The notes: a model not told the origin generated them from the sequence alone. DNA of 64,000 nt from an uncultured Acidobacteriota bacterium (GCA_963813325.1 CAWEYM010000004.1:386463-450462), one strand, 5' to 3'; shown: positions 1 to 8,293, counted from the first letter of the stretch. Numbers and translations are program-made.

Positions 1-681
1 AAGGCGCACGTGGACGGGTCAGGAGACAAGACCAAGATCCGGATCATCTCCGCGCTGCCGCCGAACGAGGCGAGCGAGATTTGCACGACTTGCCACGACC
101 GGAAGACCCACGCCCTGTGGTCGGGCAGCCAGCACGACACGCGCAACGTGGGCTGCACGACCTGCCACAGCATTCACGCGCCGAAGAGCGCCGACGCCAA
201 TCTCAAGGCGAAGAACGAGTTCGAGCTGTGCGGCACCTGCCATCGGGCGATTGTCAACAAGCAGAACCGCTTCAACCACATGCCGGTGCGCGACGCCAAG
301 ATGTCGTGCACCTCGTGCCACAACGTCCACGGCAGCTCGAACCAGAAGCTGTTGAAGGCCGGCACGACGGTGGACGAGAGCTGCACGAGCTGCCACACCG
401 AGAAGCGTGGCCCGTATCTCTGGGAGCACGCCCCGGTGGCTGACAGCTGCGTCACCTGCCACGATCCGCACGGGTCGAACAACGACCGGATGCTCGTGGC
501 CAAGCAGCCGTTCCTCTGCCAGCGCTGCCACGTCACGTCGCGCCATCCTCCAACGGTGTACGAGGGCTACCTGCTGAAGAACTCGACGAACGCCAACAAG
601 ATCTTCGGGCGTTCCTGCGTGGCGTGCCACCAGATGGTGCACGGCTCGAACTCCCCCAACGGCAAGGCCTTCCTGCGCTAA
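1..681 (+). CDS. Periplasmic decahaem-type c-cytochrome (MtrA/DmsE/MtoA family), 5' end cut by the window edge
   Basis: Frame 1 is open to base 1 (aag gcg cac gtg...), so the GTG at 10 is not the true start. There are 8 CXXCH haem motifs in the visible ~226 codons (CTTCH x2, CGTCH, CTSCH x2, CVTCH, CQRCH, CVACH). The tight haem spacing is typical of MtrA-like decahaems. The signal peptide and 2 more haems are expected upstream. An MtrB/PioB-like gene follows 15 nt later. Confidence 0.85.
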   Translation, partial: KAHVDGSGDKTKIRIISALPPNEASEICTTCHDRKTHALWSGSQHDTRNVGCTTCHSIHAPKSADANLKAKNEFELCGTCHRAIVNKQNRFNHMPVRDAKMSCTSCHNVHGSSNQKLLKAGTTVDESCTSCHTEKRGPYLWEHAPVADSCVTCHDPHGSNNDRMLVAKQPFLCQRCHVTSRHPPTVYEGYLLKNSTNANKIFGRSCVACHQMVHGSNSPNGKAFLR

Positions 682-696
682 CTGAGGAGGATCGCG

Positions 697-2970
697 ATGC
701 GCAACAGACTGATGAGTGTGACTGCGGCGCTTTTGCTCGCCTCCGCCGGTACGGTGATGGCGCAGCAGGAGCCGCCGTCGGGCGGCGCGACCGCGTCGTT
801 GACGGGGTCGGTGGACATCGGGTTCCGCGCCACGTCGACGACGGGCGACGAGGCCCGGTACGAGCGGTACCGCGACCTGCGGAACGGCGCGTATACGAAT
901 ATCGTGTTCGGCAAGGAGACCTCCAGCTACCTGTTCGACGTCGAGGCGCAGAACGTGGGCTACCGCGATCAGCGCTACGCGGGGCAGTACCGGAACAGCA
1001 AGTTCAACTTCTCGTTCCTGTGGGACTCGATCCCGCTGAACTACTCGTACATCTCGTCGACGCCGTGGGTGGAGGCGCAGAAGGGCGTGTGGACGCTCGA
1101 CACCGCCGCCCGGACGGCCGTCCAGAACAAGCAGCCGGGCGTCGTCGGCATCCCGGCCAACGCGGCGCAGGCGGGCCAGGCGTCGATCTACCGCGCCCTG
1201 GCGAAGCCCTTCGATCTCCAGCAGCGCCGCGACACGGCGGGGTTCAACCTGACCTACGAGGCGACGCCGGACATCGGCATCGACGTGGCGTTCAGCACGA
1301 CGCACAAGTCCGGCTACCAGCCGTTCGGCATGTCGTTCGCGTTCAACAACGCCAACGAGCTGCCGCTGCCGCTGGACAACCGGACCAACGACTTCTCGGT
1401 GGCCGTCGAGTGGGCGCGGCCGCAGGGGATGTTCCGCGCGTCGCTCGACCGCTCGATGTTCTCGAACCAGTACAACCAGATCGAGTGGGACAATCCGCTG
1501 CGGGTGACCGACTTCAACAACGGGCTGGCGCCGCCGCTCGGTCCGTACGACCCGAGCGGGTACAGCAACGGCAACGGTCCCGCCACCGGGCGGATCTCGT
1601 CGTTCCCCGACAGCACCATGACGGTCGTCAGCTTCATGGGGCTCTACAAGATGCCGCGGCGCACCACCGTGAACGGCACGGTGCAGGTGATCGACCAGAA
1701 CCAGAACGACACGCTGATTCCCTGGACGACCAACTCGGTGATCAACCAGCCGCTGGTGTGGGCGGCCTTCCCGGAGCTCGCACAGCTCGAGCGGACGACG
1801 GCGGAAGCCAAGGTCCGGGCGGTCAACGCGCTGATCAACTTCTCGTCGCGGCCGACAGGGATGCTCGGGTTCAACGCCAAGTACCGTCACAACACGCACG
1901 CCAACGTCTCGCGGCCGTTCAACGCGACGGAGTACGTGCGGTTCGACGCGGTGCCGGAGGAAACCGGCAGCGAGACCGAGGGGCACGACATCGTGCGCGA
2001 CACGCTGGACGCGACGGTGTCGCTCAATGTCATCCCGCAGGCGACCCTGCGGGTGGGCTACGGCCTGGACAACTTCAACCGCTCAGGCCGGGCCTACAAC
2101 GACATGCGGGACAACGCGTTCCGCGTGACGCTCGACTCGATGGGCCATGCCTTCTTCTCGGCGCGGGTCGGCTACGAGCTGGTGAAGCGGACCGGGTACG
2201 GGTTCTCCGAGATGGCCATCGAGGATGGCGGCGCCCAGCCGGGCCTGCGCTTCTACGATGAGGCCAACCGCGACCGGAACCGCCTCAACGCGCTCGTGAC
2301 GCTGACCCCGCTGGCGACGATCGACGTGACCGGGTCGGTGGCCTACGGCAAGGACACCTACGGCGGGCCGGGGCTCGAGTTCGGCCTGCTCGACAACAAG
2401 AACACCTCGTACAACATCGGCGTCAACTTCACGCCGATGGATACCGTGGTGCTCGGCGCGAACTACGGGCGCGACTCGTACAACGCGTTCCAGAAGTCGC
2501 GCAACGCGAACCCGCCGCCGGACCCGTCGTGGACCGATCCCAGCCGCGACTGGACGCTGACCAACGACGAGAAGGTCAACAACTTCGACCTCTACCTCGA
2601 CCTGATCCAGGTCATCAAGAAGGCGGACATCCGCTTCGCCTACGACTACAGCGATTCGGACAACTCGTTCCTGCACGGCGGGCCGCGCATCCCGGCGCTG
2701 GCCGCGATCGGCCAGTTCGAGGCGCTGCCCGACGTCACGAACAAGTGGCAGCGGCTCACCGTGGACGTGAAGTACATGGTGACGGCCAAGATCGGCGCGG
2801 CCCTGGGCGTCTGGTACGAGAAGCTCGATATCACCGATTACGCGACCATCGACCTGCCGGGACAGCCCGGCGTGCCGCGGGTCGACTATCTGGGCGAGAT
2901 CTCGACCGGCTACGGCAACCGGCCGTACAAGGGCACCACGGGGGTCTTCCGCCTGATCTACCTGTTCTAG
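697..2970 (+). CDS. MtrB/PioB/MtoB-family outer-membrane beta-barrel partner of the decahaem cytochrome
   Basis: 757 aa. GAGGAGG RBS at 684-690, 6 nt before the ATG. Sec signal peptide (MRNRLMSVTAALLLASAGTVMA/QQ). Asn/Tyr/Asp/Gly-rich alternating beta-strand composition. C-terminal ...FRLIYLF aromatic terminus typical of OM barrels. Size and position immediately after a decahaem cytochrome fit the family. Confidence 0.75.
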   Translation: MRNRLMSVTAALLLASAGTVMAQQEPPSGGATASLTGSVDIGFRATSTTGDEARYERYRDLRNGAYTNIVFGKETSSYLFDVEAQNVGYRDQRYAGQYRNSKFNFSFLWDSIPLNYSYISSTPWVEAQKGVWTLDTAARTAVQNKQPGVVGIPANAAQAGQASIYRALAKPFDLQQRRDTAGFNLTYEATPDIGIDVAFSTTHKSGYQPFGMSFAFNNANELPLPLDNRTNDFSVAVEWARPQGMFRASLDRSMFSNQYNQIEWDNPLRVTDFNNGLAPPLGPYDPSGYSNGNGPATGRISSFPDSTMTVVSFMGLYKMPRRTTVNGTVQVIDQNQNDTLIPWTTNSVINQPLVWAAFPELAQLERTTAEAKVRAVNALINFSSRPTGMLGFNAKYRHNTHANVSRPFNATEYVRFDAVPEETGSETEGHDIVRDTLDATVSLNVIPQATLRVGYGLDNFNRSGRAYNDMRDNAFRVTLDSMGHAFFSARVGYELVKRTGYGFSEMAIEDGGAQPGLRFYDEANRDRNRLNALVTLTPLATIDVTGSVAYGKDTYGGPGLEFGLLDNKNTSYNIGVNFTPMDTVVLGANYGRDSYNAFQKSRNANPPPDPSWTDPSRDWTLTNDEKVNNFDLYLDLIQVIKKADIRFAYDYSDSDNSFLHGGPRIPALAAIGQFEALPDVTNKWQRLTVDVKYMVTAKIGAALGVWYEKLDITDYATIDLPGQPGVPRVDYLGEISTGYGNRPYKGTTGVFRLIYLF

Positions 2971-3006
2971 GTCTCTAGGTCGACTCGTTCCTCCTGAGTG
3001 TCGTTG

Positions 3007-3045
3007 GACCCGGTCGCCCGCAGGGGCGGCCGGGTCGTTTTTTTT
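3007..3045 (+). terminator. Rho-independent terminator after the porin gene
   Basis: 13-bp GC-rich stem (GACCCGGTCGCCC / GGGCGGCCGGGTC, one G-T pair) with a 4-nt loop, followed by G and a run of 8 T (3038-3045). This is the only long T-run in the window. Confidence 0.8.
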
Positions 3046-3069
3046 GCGGCGATCTGGTAACATTGCTGC

Positions 3070-3414
3070 ATGTTGAGAATGAGTCTCATCTTGATCGGCA
3101 CGGCGTTCGTGGCTCTCACGGTGGCGGCGGCGCAGGCCCCCGACCCCAAACTCGTGGCCAAGGGGCAGGCCCTGGTCGTCGAACACAAGTGCGCGATGTG
3201 CCACACCGTCGCCGGCAAGGGCGGCAAGCTGTCCGCGTCCCTCGACGGCGTCTCCGCCCGACGCGACGCGGCCGGTCTGAAACGCGCCCTGGAAGACCCC
3301 CTGGCCGAGTTCCCCCAGGCCAAGATCAAGATGCCGAAGGTGCTCTGGAAGCCCGGCGACGTCGACGCGGTGGTCGCGTTCCTCCAGAGCCTCAAGGCCT
3401 CGCCCGCCAAGTAG
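3070..3414 (+). CDS. Monohaem class I c-type cytochrome, secreted
   Basis: 114 aa. Signal peptide MLRMSLILIGTAFVALTVAAAQA. Single CAMCH haem motif. Distal Met candidate in KIKMPKV. Small-cytochrome size. Confidence 0.8.
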   Translation: MLRMSLILIGTAFVALTVAAAQAPDPKLVAKGQALVVEHKCAMCHTVAGKGGKLSASLDGVSARRDAAGLKRALEDPLAEFPQAKIKMPKVLWKPGDVDAVVAFLQSLKASPAK

Positions 3415-3468
3415 AGTCGTCCCGCGCGGTGGCTGCTGGATTCCGGGGCCGCCGCGGAGGTGTCGTGC

Positions 3469-5256
3469 ATGTCGTGCCCGCAGTCGGTCGGCCATGAGCC
3501 GCCGCCGCAGCCGCTCCTGAAGGTGCGGGCGCGGCCCCTGCGCCTGGCCCTGGTCGGCAACCCCAACGTCGGCAAGAGCGTCCTGTTTGGCCGACTGACC
3601 GGCCAATACGCCATGGTGTCCAACTACCCGGGCACGACCGTCGCGGTGACCCGCGGCCGGGCACCCCTGGGGCCGGAGGTGTGCGATCTCATCGACACGC
3701 CCGGCGTCAATGCGCTCGAGGGCACGCTGAGCGAGGACGAAGCCGTCTCCCGCCGGATCCTCCTGGACGGTGAGGCCGACGTCGTGGTGCAGGTCGCCGA
3801 CGCGCGGAACCTGCGGCGCGGCCTGATGCTGACGTCGCAACTGGCGGCCTTCCAGAAGCCCATGATCCTCGTCCTGAACATGATCGACGAGGCGCGGGCG
3901 CACGGCATCTCGATCGACACCGCGGGTCTCGCGGCGCGCCTGGGCGTGCCGGTGGTCGAGACGGTCGCGACCGAGGGGCGGGGAATGGCCGATCTCAAGG
4001 ATGCCATCCAGCACGCCGCCTGCCCGTCTCTGGCCATCGACCCGTCCCGGGATCACGCGCGGCTGGCCCATGACCTCTCGACGCGGTTCCGTACGCACGA
4101 GGCGCGGTCTGTCGCCCGGGTGCAGGAGCGCATCGGCCGGCTCATCCGCGAGCCGATTACGGGCCTGCCCATCCTGGCCGTCGTGCTCTACCTGATGTAC
4201 CTGATCGTCGGCGTGTTCGGGGCGCAGACGCTGGTCGGCATCATCGAAGGCGGGTTCAACCGCGGGATCAACCCGGTCGCCATTGCGGCCTTCGACCGCT
4301 TCGTGCCGGTGCCCCTCGTCCGGGATTTCTTCGTCGGGCCCTACGGTCTGATCACCATGGGCCTGACCTACGCGATTGCCATCGTCCTGCCGGTCGTGGC
4401 GACGTTCTTCTTCGTCTTCGGGTTTCTCGAAGACTCGGGCTACATCCCGCGGCTCGCGATCTTCAGCGATCGGATCTTCCGGGCCATGGGTCTCAACGGC
4501 AAGGCCGTGCTGCCCATGGTGCTGGGGCTCGGCTGCGACACGATGGCCACGATGACGACGCGGATCCTGGGCACGAAGAAGGAGCGGCTCATCGCGATCC
4601 TGCTGCTGGCGCTCGGCGTGCCGTGCTCGGCCCAGCTCGCGACCATTCTCGGCATCCTCGGCGGGATCTCCTACGCGGCCCTGCTGACCCTGTTTGGCGT
4701 GGTGCTCGGGCAGATGTTCCTGGTGGGGTTCCTCGCGGCGCGCATCCTCCCAGGCGAGCGGTCGGACTTCATCCTCGAGATGCCGCCCGTGCGCCTGCCC
4801 CAGTTCCGCAACCTGTTGCGGAAGACGGTGCTGCGCATCCGGTGGTACCTTGGTGAGGCCGTGCCGCTCTTCCTGATCGGCACGGTCCTGCTGTTCGCGC
4901 TGGATCGGGTCGGCGCCCTGGTGTGGCTCGCGGAGGCAGGCAAGCCCGTGGTGTCCGGGCTCCTGGGCCTGCCGCCCCGGACGGCCGAGGTGTTCGTCAT
5001 GGGCTTCCTGCGCCGGGACTACGGTGCGGCAGGCCTGTTTGCGCTCGCCCACGCGGGGCAGTTGAGCGGCGTGCAGGCCGTCGTCGCCCTCACGGTCATG
5101 ACCCTGTTCGTCCCGTGCGTCGCCAACTTCCTGGTCATGGTGCGGGAGCAGGGACTGCGCGTCGGCCTCGCGATCCTGGCGTTCGTCACCGTCACGGCGC
5201 TGGCCACGGGGACGGCGCTGAATGCCGCGCTGGGGGCGTTGCATGTCACGTTTTGA
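3469..5256 (+). CDS. feoB: Ferrous iron transporter FeoB
   Basis: N-terminal G-domain motifs: G1 GNPNVGKS, DTPG, and G4 NMID. A polytopic membrane domain with gate-like motifs follows. ATG 3469 has a GGAGG 8 nt upstream. The GTG at 3460 given by the track sits too close to the RBS. Confidence 0.9.
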   Translation: MSCPQSVGHEPPPQPLLKVRARPLRLALVGNPNVGKSVLFGRLTGQYAMVSNYPGTTVAVTRGRAPLGPEVCDLIDTPGVNALEGTLSEDEAVSRRILLDGEADVVVQVADARNLRRGLMLTSQLAAFQKPMILVLNMIDEARAHGISIDTAGLAARLGVPVVETVATEGRGMADLKDAIQHAACPSLAIDPSRDHARLAHDLSTRFRTHEARSVARVQERIGRLIREPITGLPILAVVLYLMYLIVGVFGAQTLVGIIEGGFNRGINPVAIAAFDRFVPVPLVRDFFVGPYGLITMGLTYAIAIVLPVVATFFFVFGFLEDSGYIPRLAIFSDRIFRAMGLNGKAVLPMVLGLGCDTMATMTTRILGTKKERLIAILLLALGVPCSAQLATILGILGGISYAALLTLFGVVLGQMFLVGFLAARILPGERSDFILEMPPVRLPQFRNLLRKTVLRIRWYLGEAVPLFLIGTVLLFALDRVGALVWLAEAGKPVVSGLLGLPPRTAEVFVMGFLRRDYGAAGLFALAHAGQLSGVQAVVALTVMTLFVPCVANFLVMVREQGLRVGLAILAFVTVTALATGTALNAALGALHVTF

Positions 5257-5482
5257 CACCACCTGCCGGCTGTCCGCACTGGCCGCCGGTGCCCGCGGGC
5301 GGGTCGTGCGGGTCGCGCGGGACAACGCCCCGCGGGCCGAACGCCTGGCGGCGCTGGGGGTGACCCCGGGCGCGTCGGTGACCGTGCTCCAGACGTTCCC
5401 CGGCGTGGTCTTCCTCTGCGATCAGACCGAGCTGGCCGTCGAGCCCGCGGTCGCCTCGTCGATCATGATCGACATCAGCTGA
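5243..5482 (+). CDS. feoA: FeoA-family protein (SH3-like Fe2+ transport accessory)
   Basis: LSALAAGARGRVVRV...LAALGVTPGASVTVLQTFPGVVFLCDQTELAVEPAVASSIMI matches the FeoA domain pattern. The start is either ATG 5243 or ATG 5222. Both overlap the feoB 3' end (stop at 5254-5256). Confidence 0.8.
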   Translation: MSRFDTTCRLSALAAGARGRVVRVARDNAPRAERLAALGVTPGASVTVLQTFPGVVFLCDQTELAVEPAVASSIMIDIS

Positions 5483-5743
5483 GCCCGGCGCTCTTCGGGG
5501 CTCGCTCGAGTTGAGCACGCGCCGGGCATGTCGCGCGCGGGCTGCAGCCCGCGTGCCCGGAGCGAACACCCATCCCACGTGAGCCCCTGGCCGACTCCCT
5601 GGCCGTCCACGGGCGCCAGCGCACCGGCGCGGACCCACCCACCCCGGCTTCCGGCACGCCAATTGCCAGCAAAGATAGTTGAACCTCCAATCTTGACGGA
5701 ATTCCGGAGGGAGAAGGCTCCCGACCAGAGGAGTAACAGGGTC

Positions 5744-6310
5744 ATGCGGTTACTCGACGTGCTCATTGATGAGCATCGCGGGTTCAGTGAGATGCTGGAC
5801 GTCCTCGACGCGATCGCGGCGCGCCTCGGCGGGCGGGGAGAAGTCCCTGACGGCATGGCGGCCGATGTCCTGGATTTCTTCGAGAATTTCGCGGATCGCC
5901 ACCACGGCAAGGAAGAGGACGTGCTCTTCCCGATGCTGGCGCAGCACGGCCTGGGGCCGGACCAGACGGTCGTGGCTGCACTTCTGGCGCAGCACGAGGC
6001 TGGCCGGGCGTACTCGAAAAAGATGCGGGCGGACCTGGGGCGCCTGCGCGCCGGGAACCGGGCCGCCCGGGCCGACCTGGCCATGCACGCCAGGGGCTAT
6101 ACGGAGCTGATCCGGGAGCACATCCGCATCGAGGACGATTATTTTTACAAGCTGGCCGACTCCCTCCTGTCGAGTTCGGAGCAGGTGGCCGTCGTCCAGG
6201 TGTTCCGCGGCCCCCACGACCTCTTGCCGTCCGAGAGCCGGCAGCGATATCTTGAGATGATTCCCCGCTACCGGGGCGTCGTGGCACAGTGGGAGCGGCC
6301 GAGCCTATGA
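5744..6310 (+). CDS. Hemerythrin (HHE cation-binding) domain protein
   Basis: MRLLDVLIDEHRGF..., DRHHGKEEDVLFPML and EHIRIEDDYF are His/Glu motifs of the hemerythrin-like four-helix bundle. ATG 5744 is preceded by GAGGAG. The upstream part of the 5528 ORF is Pro/Arg-rich non-protein-like sequence. Confidence 0.8.
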   Translation: MRLLDVLIDEHRGFSEMLDVLDAIAARLGGRGEVPDGMAADVLDFFENFADRHHGKEEDVLFPMLAQHGLGPDQTVVAALLAQHEAGRAYSKKMRADLGRLRAGNRAARADLAMHARGYTELIREHIRIEDDYFYKLADSLLSSSEQVAVVQVFRGPHDLLPSESRQRYLEMIPRYRGVVAQWERPSL

Positions 6311-6756
6311 GTGAAGATCGCGTCCAGCAGGTCAGCCTGTCCCTGATTCGGGACTACGAGTTCAAGGTGTCTTTCGATACCATCCCCGCGGCCGACGCGC
6401 TGCAGGTCGACGAGCCGCCGCCGCTCGGGGGCGGCAATGGCCCGAATGCCTCGGCGCTGCTGTCGGCGGCGGTGGGAAACTGCCTGGCTGCCAGCCTGGC
6501 GTTCTGCCTGAAGAAGTCGCGGGTCGATCTCGAGGCGTTGGACGTGCGCGTGAGTACGCAGATCGTGCGCAACGAGAACGGGCGATTCCGCATCGGCGGC
6601 ATCAAGGTTCACCTGCGCCCGGGCCTCAGCGCCGTGGACCCGGCGCGCTTCGCGCGTTGCCGGGACCTGTTCGAGGACTTCTGCATCGTGACGGCCAGCG
6701 TCAAGCAGGGCATTCCCGTCGAGGTGAGCGTGGAGGAGCCGGCGGCGAGGACCTGA
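6307..6756 (+). CDS. OsmC/Ohr-family peroxiredoxin-like protein
   Basis: PPPLGGGNGPNASALLSAAVGNCLAASLAFCLKK... carries the two conserved Cys contexts of OsmC. ATG 6307 overlaps the hemerythrin stop (ATGA). Confidence 0.85.
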   Translation: MSEDRVQQVSLSLIRDYEFKVSFDTIPAADALQVDEPPPLGGGNGPNASALLSAAVGNCLAASLAFCLKKSRVDLEALDVRVSTQIVRNENGRFRIGGIKVHLRPGLSAVDPARFARCRDLFEDFCIVTASVKQGIPVEVSVEEPAART

Positions 6757-6991
6757 TAGCGGGCGTCTGTCGATCTGCGGGGCGGCCGCCTCCAGGGCGA
6801 ACCGTCCCGCAGACCTACTCAGTCTGAGAAGGGGAGTCGTCGGGCTCCCGGGTCGGCGGCTTCTGACGTCGGGACCCGACGTCGCAGGCGCCGCGCATTC
6901 AGGTCTGGACCCCCAGGCGCGGCAACACCCAGACGTTCAGCACCAGCCAGACGACGAACAACACCACGAAGCCAACGATGTCCATGGTGAC

Positions 6992-7411
6992 TCAGGCGAT
7001 CCCGGCGCTGGCCTCGAGGCTGCGCAGGGCGCGGCGCAGACGCTCGTCGGCCTCGCGGGCCACGTCCTTCATGGCCGGGTCGCCGCCCACCATGCCGAGC
7101 GCCGTCACCGGGGCCATGGCGGAGACCACGCTCCTGCCCGGCTCGGTCTCGTAGACCACCACGTTGCAGGGCAGCAGCAGGCCGATCTCCAGCTCGTTCT
7201 CGAACGCTCTGTACGCGAGCGGCGGATTGCAGGCGCCGAGAATGACGTACTTGCGGAAGTCCTTGTTGAGCTTCTCCTTCATCGTCTGCTTGACGTCGAT
7301 CGTCGAGAGGATGCCGAAGCCTTCCTTCTTCAATTCGTCCGTCGCCCGCTCGACGGCCGTCTCGTAGGGCAGCGCGAGCTCGACACCCATCCCGTACCTG
7401 GTTTCCTTCAT
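6992..7411 (-). CDS. DUF302 domain protein
   Basis: 139 aa. LPYETAVERATDELKKEGFGILSTIDVKQTMKEKL...YVILGACNPPLAY is the characteristic DUF302 signature. GGAGG RBS upstream. Confidence 0.85.
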   Translation of the reverse strand: MKETRYGMGVELALPYETAVERATDELKKEGFGILSTIDVKQTMKEKLNKDFRKYVILGACNPPLAYRAFENELEIGLLLPCNVVVYETEPGRSVVSAMAPVTALGMVGGDPAMKDVAREADERLRRALRSLEASAGIA

Positions 7412-7645
7412 GGAGCCTCCAATTGGAATCTCGGTTGCCTGACGCCGCCGCAGCCCCCGATGAGGAACCCGCAGCCACGCAGCCCTAGTTTACCCTTGCC
7501 TGTCAAATCCCCGCCATGGTCGTGCCGGCGAGAACAGCCGGGCCGCCGGCACCCACGGGCCCGGCGCGCGCATCGGACACTGGTAGGGATTCAGGCCGAC
7601 GGCGGTGGTTACAGGCCGAATCGTGGCAGTGCTTCAGCGAGGCCG

Positions 7646-8293
7646 ATGGCATACAATCGACGTGTGACCAAACGCGCAGATCAGAATCCTTCCACTAGCG
7701 GGACGGCGGCGCCTGTGCGCGAGCCGGATTACGCAACGCTTCTCCGGGCGGCGCAGGCGGGGAACCGGCAGGCGATGGAACGGTTGCTCATGCGGGCTCA
7801 GGAGGTGGCGTACCGGTTCAGTCTGCTCGTGTGCGGCCATGCGGACGACGCGGAGGACGCCATGCAGGAGGCACTCCTCAAGACGTACCGCTACGCGACG
7901 CAAATCAAGGAACCCGAGGCGTTCCGCACGTGGCTCTACCGCACCGTGAAGAACGCGTGCCTAATCAGCCGCCGCCGTCGCGTGCACGAGCCCGAGCGGG
8001 TCCTGTCGCTCGACGAGGTGGTGGTGGGCGACGATGGCGGGTCACAGACGATGGACGTGGTGGATCCGGGCAAGCGTCCGGACCAGGTGATGGCCAATAC
8101 GAGGTTGCGCCGGTCGCTGCAGCGGGCGCTGGGTGTGCTCACCCCGGAGTCCCGGTTGATCGTGTTTCTGCGCGAGGTCGAGGGGCTGTCCACGCGTGAA
8201 GTCGCCAACGTCGTCGGCATCAGCGAGGCGAACGTCAAGACGCGCCTGCACCGTGCGCGGCTCGTGCTGCGCCAGCACCTGGAGACGGTATGA
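7646..8293 (+). CDS. ECF-type RNA polymerase sigma factor (SigR-like)
   Basis: Region 2 (DAEDAMQEALLKTYRY...FRTWLYRTVKNACL) and region 4 HTH (LTPESRLIVFLREVEGLSTREVANVVGISEANVKTRLHRAR). ATG 7646 was chosen. The in-frame upstream extension to 7460 is low-complexity. Confidence 0.85.
   Translation: MAYNRRVTKRADQNPSTSGTAAPVREPDYATLLRAAQAGNRQAMERLLMRAQEVAYRFSLLVCGHADDAEDAMQEALLKTYRYATQIKEPEAFRTWLYRTVKNACLISRRRRVHEPERVLSLDEVVVGDDGGSQTMDVVDPGKRPDQVMANTRLRRSLQRALGVLTPESRLIVFLREVEGLSTREVANVVGISEANVKTRLHRARLVLRQHLETV

Noticed and set aside
19-5325. Long minus-strand ORFs (19-1986, 655 aa; 2083-5325, 1,080 aa) opposite the cytochrome/porin/feoB genes. Also plus-strand alternative-frame ORFs at 624-2261 and 2529-2978.
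   Set aside because: They are shadow or alternative-frame ORFs with Arg/Pro/Gly-dominated, low-information translations. The annotated frames carry CXXCH, beta-barrel and G-domain motifs.
5528-5743. N-terminal extensions proposed by the ORF track. Examples: hemerythrin from 5528, sigma from 7460, hydrolase from 20923, lipocalin-like from 24132, korB from 42103, carboxylase from 44752, GHMP kinase from 50540, ankyrin from 57090, YdjM-like from 62704.
   Set aside because: The extensions are Pro/Arg/Gly-rich and often overlap neighbouring real genes. The internal starts that were chosen coincide with the start of recognisable domains, signal peptides, RBS-like sequences or stop/start overlaps.
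7425-7429. A GGAAT just upstream of the DUF302 start, considered as a SigR-type -35 element.
   Set aside because: No GTT lies at the N18 distance. The sequence is part of the CCAATTGG/RBS region of the minus-strand DUF302 gene.
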